A stretch of DNA of 64,000 nucleotides, taken from the NCBI GenBank assembly GCA_002633005.1, contig NMRA01000752.1, positions 102,900 to 166,899 on the forward strand, read 5' to 3'. This document shows positions 50,017 through 62,471 of the stretch, one piece after another; position 1 is the first letter of the stretch, and each line of letters begins with the position of its first letter. The DNA comes from Phoronis australis (lineage: Eukaryota > Animalia > Phoronida). Made by a program: the position numbers and the translations under genes. The notes under the pieces are model-generated. The model searched no databases, was not told the DNA's origin, and worked only from the letters and a program-made list of their open reading frames with translations.

Positions 50017-52458
50017 TGTCAGAATAAATATTGATTAAGTAATTAGTAAGAATTGATCCATTTAAGTTGCCCAAAATTTGTGCATATGTACTTTTAAATC
50101 ATAGGGTCAGACTTGTTGACAAGTATTTTAACGTCAAAATCTTATTTTTAGATGGTGTTTACAACTTTGGGTTCTGGGGTCAAAGTACTCTAGAGATTCT
50201 AGAATATTCTGAGAACAAATTGTAACAGCCAATAATATTAGTGGATAGGATCATGTGGTTTTTATTAGCCATTCACTAAATAAGTAGAATGTTATGTTAT
50301 GGGCTGAAATCAACAAGATAATTAGATGAGCTATAGTAGTTGAAGCATGAAGACTTGCTGCAGTGTACAGAAGCAGTTGTATGACAGAGCCATCTCGTGG
50401 AAGATTCTAGAAGGGATCTTGGCAAGGGCAAGGGTTAAAGGAGAATGCCACCCGATTTAATTAGTCTTGTTTGCCGTCTTAATCGGTCTAGGTCCACATC
50501 GCATACGGTCGACCTTACCTTGCCAAGAGGTGTCGCGTTAACCTGTGAGGAAGATAAGAAACGATGCCAGCGACGTCAGTGGTTCATATGCAGAATGAAT
50601 GCAGTGAATGCCACTACGTTGCAGTGCATCGTTCCCGCTTGTCCGAACTAAGCAGCTGCGAGGAAAGCAGGTTTTTCGTTTTTTTTTACTTCCTCGAGAG
50701 TCGGAAATGCTTAGGAAGTGGCTCATGGTAATAGTGAAGAATGAAATGTAAGCTGTAAATAGCAAGTATGAGGCCGTGAAACATCTCCGTGTCTGTGGCC
50801 TGCAGACGTCGACAGTGCCTGACGAATGCCGGTTTTACCAAATAACTCCATACTCCTGAGCTTTTCACGGCGCCTCTCTAGTAATTCTTCACCACTGTAT
50901 TCCTGTTCGAATTGATAGCCTGTAAATATAACGATCCACCTGTGAAGTCGGGACTTATGAGCTCTAGCTCGTTCTAAGTCGGGATTGCGAGTTGCCATGT
51001 TGCTGTTTAATACTTAGCGTTCTTTTTCAAAATGAATTATTCTCACCCTTACCAAACTTATACAAAGTCTGACTCATTAGATGCAATTTGTAATGCCTTT
51101 GGAGTGTTCGTGAGTGCAAATGATTTGAGAAGCCAGCAATGAATAAATCACTGCGTTACCGCGGCTTTAGGTGCAATAAAACTAATTGACGGGACACCGA
51201 GGCCGTGTGAGCTCATGCTAATTTAGTGTTTGCTGGCAGAAACTGTTGTGAAACAACTCGATTTCCATCTCACGGCCAGGTGTTAGGGGAATCTTTATTT
51301 ACAGGTGCACATTACTTTGGCTCACTAGTATGGTATTTTCTTGACTGGAAGTTTAGTTTCCACTGAACTTTTGCTGGTTCATGTTCGTGATGTCTGATTA
51401 GTTTCCGAGCCACTGGCCGCCGGGATAATGAATCGATCCGGCCGGCCGCGACGGGTTTGACCAGGCTCCGAGCCACTGGCCAGAATAACAAGAGTTTTGT
51501 GTTTAGAACTCAAAAAATCACAAGTCTAAACAACACAGATCTAGGTTCTCCTGTCTGTATCTCACGGAAAATGCTTCGAAATTATCTCCGAACAGACCCC
51601 AAACTCCTGCTACGGACCTTATTGGCCTACCGAACTTTGTAGTCTACGGTGTGTCCAAATACCAATAAATCCTTAAGAGCGAAATAAAACAACACGTTTT
51701 TATAAGAACAAGATGTAGTTTTAAGGGCTTTACATCGAAGTTTGATGATTTATTGGTGTTAAATGATGACTTCAAGCGATAAGTTGACACCAGTAACCGG
51801 CGTTGTGAACTGCTGAAAAGACTGCGTGTGAAATCAATGACGTCATTGGATAATTTCAACACCTCCGTCTGCCGTCAGGTGTCAGGTAACGCAACCGTAC
51901 CTGTCGTTATGGAGTAGAACTACTCGATCTAAACTGATACAAATTAGGTTGTTTTTTGGGTGGCATGCTCCTTTAACTAACAGGGAGTTAACTAAGAGCT
52001 TGTCACTTGCATTGTGGGTAGTAAGATACTACCTGAAGCGTTGCGTCATCAGCCAGAGACTGTGACCAGCAAGAAGAGTCGCGGGTAGAAGAAATTGCCT
52101 GCAAGTGTTGCATCACCAGAGACGGTGACCAGCAAGTACACTGTCGCTATACAGTGTGTGTGTAGTTCGAAGATTCACCAACAGGACAGACATCCAACAA
52201 GTGGAGAGTCCTAGCTTGGATAGCAGATAAGACATTTGATTGTTTGGTTGTTTGATTAAAGTAATCTTTAAAGAGGGCGCTAGCGTAGTTACTCTTTTTA
52301 GTTGATTACTTAATTACCAATAGGTTTTATTTGTCTAATTAGGGGTTATCATATAATAAATTAATTACTGTATTTGAATATTCACTCTCCATCTACGCAC
52401 AATCTCAAAGCATACATGTAGCTACCTTTTAAACAAACCCACATTCAATCGTCGGACA
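50017..52458 (+). repeat. 5' LTR interrupted by the Kolobok-like insertion
   Basis: Matches 57222-58116 once 50439-51976 is removed. Confidence 0.92.
50439..51972 (+). mobile_element. Non-autonomous Kolobok-like element, copy 2, with THAP remnant
   Basis: TTAA|AGGAGAATGCCACCC...GGGTGGCATGCTCCT|TTAA. The 3' LTR shows the empty site GGGTTAACTAAC. A THAP-like CIVPACPN...FF..P..KW...VC remnant lies at about 50625-50810. Confidence 0.9.
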
Positions 52459-52585
52459 TTTGGGGGCTAGTCAAGGAGAGTTAAATAAAGGTTTACGTGG
52501 TTGTGTTGAATTGTTTTGAATCCTGTAATTACTGTTTGAATATTAATTAATAAAGTGCATTCTGGGAATAAACCCTTCCTTTCAA

Positions 52586-53905
52586 ATGGATTTTGAAAAG
52601 TATATTGCGCAAGCGAAACAATTCGGTTATACCGGTTTAGAGTTAAGGAAGTGCGCAGAGGAGCTCTTGCGGCAGGCCTCGGAACGTGAAGAGCGCGCCC
52701 ACAAACGAGAGCTGGAAAAGGCAGAGCTTGCACGGGAACAAGCAGAGCGGGCCCAAGCGATTGAGATTGAGAAGCAGAAGACACTGCAACTCCAGATTGA
52801 GATCAAAGCGACACCTAGTGGTGGGGCTCCAAGCAGTGGTGTGCGTACCAGCCGTCCAATACTGCCAAGGTTCGACGAGCGCGTCGAAGACATGGATGCC
52901 TTCCTAGACAGATTTGAGACGTTCGCCACAAGCCAGAAATGGGATAAATCGGAGTGGGCTGTGGACTTGAGTCCATTGTTGACAGGTAAAGGCCTGCAGG
53001 TGTTCAACAACATGCCGTCCGACCAAATTAACAACTATGACCAACTAAAGGTGGCGCTGCTGCACAGGTATGAATTAACCGAAGATGGGTTCCGACGAAA
53101 GTTTAGAGAGTCCAAGCCTGAAAAGGGTGAAAACGTGTTCCAATTCGGGGCAAGACTGAAAAGGTTCTTTGACCGATGGACACAACTGGCGGAGGTCGAG
53201 GTGACTTATGATGGACTCAGATACTTACTGATCCGAGAACAGTTTCTGGGAGTATGCCATCCTGAGATGTCCGTATTCCTGAGGGAACGGAAACCGAAGA
53301 CCTTCGACGAGATGTCGGCCATTGCTCAACAGTACATGGACGCCAACTGTACTGGTTTGTTGGGCAAAGGGTGCGCAAAGAAAGACTTGCGACAGGTAGC
53401 CAGAAGACAGATACCGCCAAGCAACACAGAAGAACGATGGACAGAAACTCCTCGTTCGTCAGTGACCAGAAACAAGGGTGACAAAGAGTGTTTCAATTGT
53501 CATCGGAAAGGTCATCTAGCAAGGGACTGTGGAATGAAAGACTTCCACTCCAAAAGATTCGCTGCAGGTAAGCAGTCGTCGGCCTCGCAGCAGGAACGGG
53601 CCAAGACAGAAGACACCAAGAAGTCGGTAATGTGTCAAGCTGTGGTAGCAAAGGGTAGTCCAATAGAACAGCACATAGTTGATGGCTGTCTGAAATTAGT
53701 CGATGGGACATCAATGCCAGTAGAGAGAGGGGCCTGTGACAAGCACAGAGAGCCTCCCGCTGACCACAACATGCCCGTTTGTGACGGTTACGTCAACGAA
53801 ACAAAAGTACGCATGATGCGTGACACCGGATGCAGTGGTGCAGCGGTGAAGACGTTCCTAGTCAAAGAAAGTCAACTGACGGGGAACAACACATCTGTGT
53901 GTTAA
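52586..53905 (+). CDS. gag: Gag (SCAN-related capsid, CCHC knuckle) and start of protease
   Basis: Motifs YELTEDGFRRKFR, LIREQFL, CFNCHRKGHLARDC and MRDTGCS. Confidence 0.9.
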   Translation: MDFEKYIAQAKQFGYTGLELRKCAEELLRQASEREERAHKRELEKAELAREQAERAQAIEIEKQKTLQLQIEIKATPSGGAPSSGVRTSRPILPRFDERVEDMDAFLDRFETFATSQKWDKSEWAVDLSPLLTGKGLQVFNNMPSDQINNYDQLKVALLHRYELTEDGFRRKFRESKPEKGENVFQFGARLKRFFDRWTQLAEVEVTYDGLRYLLIREQFLGVCHPEMSVFLRERKPKTFDEMSAIAQQYMDANCTGLLGKGCAKKDLRQVARRQIPPSNTEERWTETPRSSVTRNKGDKECFNCHRKGHLARDCGMKDFHSKRFAAGKQSSASQQERAKTEDTKKSVMCQAVVAKGSPIEQHIVDGCLKLVDGTSMPVERGACDKHREPPADHNMPVCDGYVNETKVRMMRDTGCSGAAVKTFLVKESQLTGNNTSVC

Positions 53906-56900
53906 TAGATGGGACAGCACGATCCTTCCCCATAGCGAAGATTGGGGTAGACACTCCATACTTCGTTTGTGAAATCGAGGCAATGTGTATGCGAACACCG
54001 ATATACGACCTCATCATAGGGAATGCTGTTGGCGTCAGCAAGGGTCTTGATCCAAATTGGCAGCCACAAGGCAGTGTCATGTCCACAGTCACTACTAGAG
54101 CACAGGCTAAGAAGAGAGAGAAACCTATTAAGACTTTGGCGGTGACTCCATCCGGAGTGGAAAGTCTCCACGTCAGCAAATTGAAGGACGAGCAACAATA
54201 TGATCCTTCCCTGCGTAAGCTCATGGAACTTATTGAGAAAGACAATCCAGCAAGAACACGTGGTAGAGGTCAATACTGGTATGAGAAGCAGAAGGGAGTC
54301 CTGTACCGAGTGTGTGCTGATAACACCAAAGAATTGCGTCAGATAGTTGTCCCTGTCAAATATCGACAACAGGTTATGACGCTAGCTCACGAGTCAATCG
54401 TAAGTGGGCACCTTGGTGTGAAGAAGACCAGTGATAGAATAGCCAGTAGCTTTTATTTGCCAGGAGTTGTCAGTGACACAAATCGTTTCTGCAGATCATG
54501 TGGCATCTGCCACCGAACAACTCTTAAGGGCATGATCTCTAAAGTGCCATTGTGTGAGATGCCACTTATGGAAGAACCGTTCCAGCGTATCGCTGTTGAT
54601 TTGATTGGTCCTGTGTCGCCAATCACAGACAGAGGCAACCGGTACATTCTTACCATCGTAGACTATGCCACAAGATACCCGGAGGCAGTCCCTCTACCAA
54701 GAATAGAAGCTGAGCGAGTTGCAGAAGCACTGTTTGAAACCTTCTGTAGACTTGGCTTTCCACGAGAGGTGCTTAGTGACTGTGGAACAGAAGTTCTGAA
54801 GGAAGTTGCACGGCTAATATCCATGAAGCAACTGTTCACCACTCCGTACAATCCGAAATGCATTGGATTTTGTGAGCGTATTAATGGTGTACTGAAGAGT
54901 ATGCTTAAGAAAATGTGCCAAGAGCGTCCACAAGACTGGGACCGGTACTTACCAGCAGTACTGTTCGCCTACAGACAGGTACCACAAGTGAGCACAGGTT
55001 TCTCGCCATTTGAACTGTTGTATGGTAGAACCGTGCGAGGGCCCATGCAGGTGCTTAAAGAGTTTTGGACAGGCAATGAAACACCAGACGTACGGAATAC
55101 TTATGAGTATGTCCTCGACTTGCGGCATCGTCTGGAAGAGACATGTGAACTGGTGCGGGAAAACNTCTCGCCATTTGAACTGTTGTATGGTAGAACCGTG
55201 CGAGGGCCCATGCAGGTGCTTAAAGAGTTTTGGACAGGCAACGAAACACCAGACGTACGGAATACTTATGAGTATGTCCTCGACTTGCGGCATCGTCTGG
55301 AAGAGACATGTGAACTGGTGCGGGAAAACTTACGAAATGCTGGTGAAGCATACAAGCACCATTATGACAAAAAGACACGAAATCGTCGCTTCAAAGTGGG
55401 AGACCAAGTCTTAACATTGTTACCAACTGACAGTAACAAGCTGCTACTGCAGTGGAGGGGTCCCTATGAAGTGACCGAGGTACTCAACAAAATGGACTAC
55501 CGAGTAAGGGTTGGTAGAAAAACCATGACATACCATGCTAACCTGTTGAAACTCTACATATCTCGTGACCAAAGTGGGGCTGCAAGTAATGATGATACAG
55601 ATCAGAATTCTGACATCGCAGCCATAGATGTACTTCAGCCTGAAATGGACAATGAAGTTGGTGTTGTCGATGATGAACATCTACTAGTGCTGGGATCGAC
55701 AAACCAAAAAGAAACGTACAAAGATGTCAAGATACCAGACGAGCTCACTACTAGCCAACGAAGGGAGGTGATAAGTCTACCAGGAGGGTACTCTGACATC
55801 TTTAGTGAAGTACCAGGTACGACACATCTGGTGGAGCACAAGATTGAGACCATCAGTGAAGAACCGGTGAGAGTCAAGCCGTATCCCCTGCCATATGCCA
55901 CACGGTCGGTTGTGCAGGAGGAAATTGACAACATGTTAAAGTGTGGAGTCATAGAACCATCCGATGCTCCCTATAACTCTCCGGTGGTATTAGTGAAGAA
56001 GATGGACGGTTCAAATCGATTCTGCATCGATTTTCGTCCTTTGAACTCCATCACCAAGTTCGACTTGGAACCGATGGGCAATCCTGATGACATCATGGCT
56101 AAGATCAGTAAAGACCAGTTTTTTATGAAGATTGATCTAAGTAAAGAATACTGGTAAGTCATTGTCGCCGAAGAATCGCGGACCAAGACCTCGTTTGTAG
56201 TACCAAGTGGCTGCTACAAGTTCGTAAAGATGCCATTTTGTCTGGTAAATTCGGCAGCGACCTTCAACCGCATGAGGAAGATGTTGGCAGGAGCACATAA
56301 TACAGAACATTATGTGGATGACATTCTGTGCCATAATAAGACCTGGACTGAACACCTTGCCACCTTGCGAGACACCTTCCAACGTGCGCGAGAAGCTGGA
56401 CTAACGATTCGACTCACCAAGTGTTCGGTTGGATCTCGTTCCGTCGATTTCGTTGGACATGTGGTCGGTGAAGGGCACCTGGCAATGGATGAAGAAAGTT
56501 TGAGACGCATCCGAGATGCACCACGACAAAGAACGAAGAAACAAGTTCGTACTTTTCTTGGGTTGGCTGGCTAATACAGGAAGTTCATCCTAAACTTCGC
56601 TGAAATCGCCGTCCCATTTACTGAGCTCACAAAGAAGAAACAGCCTAACAACGTGCAGTGGGAAGAAAAAGCTCAGCAGCATGCATTTGACACTCTTCGA
56701 GACCTGCTGACGAGGGTCCCCATACTGAGATTACTTGATTTCAGTAAATCTTTTATTGTTCAGACTGATGCGTCAGATACTGGAATAGGCTGTATTTTGT
56801 TGCAGGAGTATGATGATGGCAGGTTCCCAGTAGCATGTGCTTGTAAGAAATTGTTACCTTGGGAACGGAATTACTCAGTCATAGAGAGGGAATGTTTGGC

Positions 56901-57120
56901 TGCGGTATTTGCCATCAGAAAATTTGCGAAGTACTTGTATGGTAAAGAATTTATCATTCATACTGACCATCAACACCTGGCTTACATTCAAAAAAGTAAG
57001 TTAGTCAATGGACGCATCATGAGGTGGGCCTTGTTTTTGCAAAATTATCGATTTAAGGTTGAAGCTATCAAAGGCTCAGAAAATGTTGGTACTGATTACC
57101 TGAGTAGGTTAGAGTATTGA
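53830..57120 (+). pseudogene. pol: pol with integrase preceding RT and RNase H; premature stops
   Basis: HESIVSGH..CGIC, VDLIG, SDCG and ERING come first, then CIDFRPLN and YVDD, then TDASD and TDH. Stops end at 56157 and 56574. Confidence 0.92.
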
Positions 57121-57221
57121 AGATTCATGGAAATTGGGTAATAGATCTAAGTGTTAATCAATATTTAAGTCTTCCATGTTGAGAAAATCTTAAGAAGTAC
57201 TTTCTTGAGGAGGGGCTTATT

Positions 57222-58116
57222 TGTCAGAATAAATATTGATTACGTAATTAGTAAGAATAGATCCAATTTAAGTTGCACAAAATTTGTGAATATGTACTTT
57301 TAAATCACAGGTTCAGACTTGTTGACAAGTATTTTAACGTCAAAATCTATTTTAGATGGTGTTTACAACTTTGGTATCTGGGGTCAAAGTACTCTAGAGA
57401 TTCTAGAATATTCTGAGAACAAATTGTAACAGCCAATAATATGAGTGGATATGATCATGTGTTTTTTATTAGCCAATCACTAAATAAGTAGAATGTTATA
57501 TTATGGGCTGAAATCAACAAGATAATTAGATGAGCTATAGTAGTTGAAGCATAAAGACTTGCTACAGTGTATAGAAGCAATTGTACGACAGAGCCATCCC
57601 GTGGAAGATTCTAGAAGGTATCTTGGCAAGGGCAAGGGTTAACTAACAGGGAGTTAACTAAGATCTTGTCACTTGCATTTTGGGTAGTAAGATAATACCT
57701 GAAGTGTTCCGTCATCAGCCAGAGACTGTGACCAGCAAGAAGAGTCGCGGGTAGAAGAAATTGCCTGCAAGTGTTGCATCACCAGAGACAGTGACCAGCA
57801 AGTACACTGTCGCTATGCAGTGTGTGTAGTTCGAAGATTCACCAACAGGACAGACATCCAACAAGTGGAGAGTCCTAGCTTGGATAGCAGATAAGACATT
57901 TGATTGTTTTGGTTGTTTGAGTAAAGTAATCTTTAAAGAGGGCGCTAGCGTAGTTACTCTTTGTAGTTGATTACTTAATTAACAATAGGTTTCATTTGTC
58001 TAATTAGGGGTTATCATATAATAAATTAATTACTGGATTTGAATATTCACTCTCCATCTACGCCCATTCTCAAAGCATAGCTACCTTTTAAACAACCCAC
58101 AGTCAATCGTCTGACA
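57222..58116 (+). repeat. 3' LTR (about 895 bp)
   Basis: TGTCAGA...TCTGACA termini, preceded by the PPT. Confidence 0.93.
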
Positions 58117-58150
58117 CATGTATAACAAATTTATAATCAGAAATCACATT

Positions 58151-59140
58151 GGCTGTACTTCGGGAGCAAGTTTTCGGTTATACAGAATTGGTTAAATGCA
58201 CGACACTTTTCATTATTCACAGTCTTTATTCCGTTACGTTCGTACTTTTGGAACAAAACTCTACTCTCAACTGAACATAGAAACAGTAACTGACCTAACG
58301 ACATAAATAAAAGACACACGATACTTCGAAACATACTTGTTTTATTCTCAAGTGAAGCTAAAATGACGCAGTAATGCCATCACAGAGTATAAGCTGACGA
58401 CACACACAGTGAGACACGGCAGGTGCGAAATTACTGCAAAGAATGACTAATGAAGGGGGGTAACAGGAAAGTCACGCATACAAGTGTAACGTGCAGCGCG
58501 ACCCTGTTTGCTGCTCATTCAAAACAGGCTTCTCAAAAGCAATTAAAAGGGACTCTAATACTTTCAAACGCAGCACATCTTGCTCCACGTAGCGAATTGA
58601 CGTGTTTTCCACAATTTCTTGACGGGTGATTTTACGTGCGTGACATTGCAGAAAATGATCTTGAATGGCGCCATTTTGAAGATGCATGGATAACCGACGG
58701 GAAAGACTGTATACCGTTTGACCAATGTAACATTGTTTGACGTTTGAACGAAGACATTCGTTCATAGGGCATACAAACTCATAAACAACACTACACGGTG
58801 CAACGGGGCGGACTTTCGCTTTAGAAATGTTATTTTTCATGACTTCCTATTCCGATAATAAATAATAACATCGATGTAATCATCAGGCTTACAAACTTTA
58901 TCCCTAATAATTTTCTTAATGGCGTGTTCGTCCTGGAGGTAATTATTACGACATGACATTTTTGTAAAATATCTTTTTGGTGACACCAGTCCGACGTGAA
59001 GGGACTTCATAGCTAATTTTGGACACAAATCGCTTAATATGGAAATCCACAAAACCATTAGTATACCCATTATTCACCAGTGTTCGTCTTATGCGATCTA
59101 CCTCTTGATTGAACAATAGCCAGTTGGACGACACCGAATA
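58151..59140 (-). mobile_element. Penelope-like element copy 2 (5'-truncated; GIY-YIG domain and pLTR)
   Basis: ORF 58472-58840 reads VVYEFVC...CYIGQT..LSRRLSMH...ESLLI..KPVLNEQ. The 3' end repeats an ORF-start-like FNQFCITENLLPKY segment. Confidence 0.9.
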
Positions 59141-62100
59141 CAAAGACAACTTTCTTCAAGTGGGTATTGCAATTTTGCGGGTTCTTTTGCTGTGCCTGAA
59201 TTGGAATTGCACTAACACGCCCAAAATTCCTCTGGCGTCCCAAATTGCTTCGGCGGCTGAAACCAACCCGACGAGACAATCAAATGCATCATGAGCCATT
59301 TACATGTAAGCAGGACGTTCTGCTAAAGCCTGCTTCAGTTTTGTTCCTGTTTATTGAAAAAAAATTGTGTCCATTGTTTGTTGTTCGCTTCGTACAGATA
59401 TTGTTGTTATGTAATTCTGGAAACACGGCACGTGCTTCGGCGCGTTCTATAGAGACCGTGCTGTTTTTGCGTAAATTGCATTGTTAGACGCTCTCTGATG
59501 CAAATTACCGCGGAGACTATTATAATCAGGTCTACTATTTGATGATCCAACGTGCTGGAAGGTACATGTACGAGTTATGAAACTCGTTTTCACGGCATTC
59601 ACTACCTAAGTCAACATCAGCCCATCGTTGGTTAAATGAACAACGTTAATTACGCTGTGAGTTTAGTACTTACGGCTTTAACTAATTATTTGCAGCGCAA
59701 TTAACTCGTAGGGGCGCAGAATGATTAACACGCGTAAATTAATTTACACCCTAAATAGTGAATTGTTGCCGTTAATATCAATTTTCTCTCCAAATAAATC
59801 ATTTTCTCAGAAAATAATTAATTAACGGCTTTAAGAATACATGCTCGTCGACTGTTAACAAAAATTATGCGCATAACGTTTACACATTTATCCTAAGATA
59901 CACGCACTTGCTTTCATTATCATTCTCAAACCGAGCATAAAAGCCTGCGCCTAAAGAAGTTCACTTCCCACACCTTGGTCGCTAGTGTTTGCAGTCAATA
60001 TTTTGCCTCACATCGGTGTGGTGTTTTTCCGTCCTAGCGAGATTAACAATAACAGTAAAGTTAAGCTACATGTATCTCTTCCTGGTAATAGTAATAGCTC
60101 TAAAAGAGCGAATTACAACTGTAAAATGTAGAATACGCCACTGAAATACCAAACTTACCACCTTGTCGAAACGTATCGAGTTAGTGTCTTGGTTTGACTG
60201 TCGAAAGATGAATGGTGCTCTGATTTATATAGAAAAACATGAAGCAAACGACCCGCATCAATCAGATGTACTTGACTCTGTGTGTAGCGAAGGGTACTCG
60301 ATGTTTTCTCTCCAAGGCTTGAAGCAGGTGATTTTTTTTCTTTTATGTAAGAAAGTGGATCACGAACGGCGATTTTAACTAAGGTGGGGACATTGGCTAG
60401 TAGGCTTATGACTGCATTATAGTCGTAAAACCGCGTTCGGATGAAGGGATCCTATATTGATATAGGGGATACCTCTATTTGATCACCTTCAGGCGGGACC
60501 TGTATATTGATGGTGGTGGCCTGCTCAAGAGCGACCAAAGAGCGTATTACTACGTTACTCTATTCGCTCCATTTGTAAAGAATTTGGTTTATTAACACGG
60601 GACTAGTCACACTTCTCAGCTTAGAGATATAAAATATTCCAGGCCCGTGGACAGCATTGCGCTGGGGGTGGTTCGAATTTTTAGAACGATGGACCTTTGA
60701 TAATTTGCAAAGGTCGACACTGTATAGCTTTCAGTAAGGTCCCTCACGCATCTTAATTAATGCGCGCACCAAGCCTAAAATATATGGGGGCTCGAATTTT
60801 TCGGCATGTGAACCTTTTACTGAAAGAAACCANCTAAGTGCGCCCATGTAACAAGGGGGAAGGGAAATCTGTATACAAAACGATAACTCTCAGCTCTATG
60901 TTCATGAGATGAAAAGGAAATGAGGATGCCGTTGCAGTTGCTCATAAAGAATGGAACTCAAATTCGGATATGTATTGTGGTCCAGAAATAGAACGTTCAC
61001 GAGTTACCCTCCGCCAAACTTTCAAATCATGTGTGCTTGAATGTTTTATTACACCTCATTTCTCACTGAGACGGAATTTTTTAGTCTGAGAATGGCTTAA
61101 AGAAATTTTGTAACTGGTTGCATGTTGCGTGTTACTTACATCGCTGGAAACGGGAACAGGCCACTATTCTGAAGTTTCACTACTCCGAAAATGTCTCAAA
61201 ATTTCGAACTTGGGTTCAATTTTTATACTTTTGCATGGAAAAGTAAACGATGCTCTGGTTATCTGTAGTTTCACGGAGTTGAGAACCTATACCGAAAACA
61301 ATGTCCAGGATTGATTTCATGTGCATACGAAATTGCCCGTAGGTTTGACGAGTAAGGAAAAATGAGTGTGTACTTGGATATTTTAAAAAGGGTATCAAAC
61401 CCGGATTTGGCCAATTGACAGATACTAAAAATGACTTTCCCATCCAGTTCTCTGAAATAAAATAATGCTCTGTAACCCTTGACAACCCTCAATTAGTATC
61501 CTTACAAAGAATGTGAAGTAGGTATAGATGAATTATCAACCACGTTTCATTCATCAAATCCTTGTCAAAGTTGCATCATTTCACAGCGGAACTGAGCTAG
61601 TTTAGGGCCGCTGCACCTAAACCTCACCCGACGGAACCGTACGCACGGAGGTCGAAACTAAATGTAATTAAAAGTGTACCCTGTCCCTGCCAGTCTTCAT
61701 ACAGTCAGACAGTCACAAACAGTCTTATTAAAGTTTTAAAAAACTTCCCCTGGTCGTTGCAGCCTTGACCAGTGCCTCGGATGTTGTCCCTGCATGAGAT
61801 TGATCCAGGAATCGCGATTGGCATTGTTTGGAACAGAGCTCAATTTTAAACAATGTAACCAATGTCTTAAGACTATTCAACTCTTGCACACCATTTAAAT
61901 GGTTACTACAGTGATGAACACAAATACATGCACAATACTTTATCCATGTCAGTTCCCACTCATTAGCAGAAAACCGCAGTAATGAACTGTAAGAGTTCTG
62001 GTTTCGGAATTGTGCACATTCGAAATAGTGAACTTTGGAAGGTAGCGAACCTTCGGAATAGTTGACTTTTGGAATAGTGAACTTTTGGAGTAGTGACACG

Positions 62101-62471
62101 TAACTTTGGAATTTTTTTCCATCAGATCTGTTGCTCGTATGAAGTCTGCGAAGCTGTGTATCACTGACACTGATTGACAAGAGAACACTTTCTTCACTGA
62201 ACGAAGTTTTTATTAGGTCTAGACTTAGGCTACTTTTCCCGGATACTGCAAACATGCTCGTAGGGGTTTTCTCAGACAAGAACTCACAATAGTTATAAAA
62301 TGTCCGGTTTTTGCTTAGGCAACGACGGAGAACTGCCTATAGTGAACTTACCGTCGGCGTGTATTGGATTTAAAAGAATGGAAACGCACACTGGATAAAC
62401 AACAATCATTTAACGATCACATTCAATTCGAAAATTGAAAATGCCTGCACCTTACCACACTGTGCTAGCTA

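Larger units (their letters stand above)
50017..58116 (+). mobile_element. Gmr1-like Gypsy LTR retrotransposon (PR-IN-RT-RH order)
   Basis: LTRs TGTCAG...GACA at 50017-52458 (interrupted) and 57222-58116, TSD CATGC/CATGT, tRNA-Pro-like PBS TGGGGGCT at 52461, and PPT GAGGAGGGG near 57207. Confidence 0.95.

Noticed and set aside
55001-55329. Near-exact 164-bp tandem duplication in the Gmr1-like integrase
   Set aside because: The two copies are separated by a single N at 55165, so this is almost certainly an unmerged contig overlap.
60825-60840. Apparent deletion of about 190 bp of MITE interior in arm B
   Set aside because: It coincides with an N at 60833 next to a poly-G/C tract, which indicates an assembly gap.
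61728-62279. 183-aa minus-strand ORF and the many 60-130 aa ORFs in the track
   Set aside because: They overlap non-coding repeat sequence or are antisense shadows of TE genes, and show no recognisable domains.
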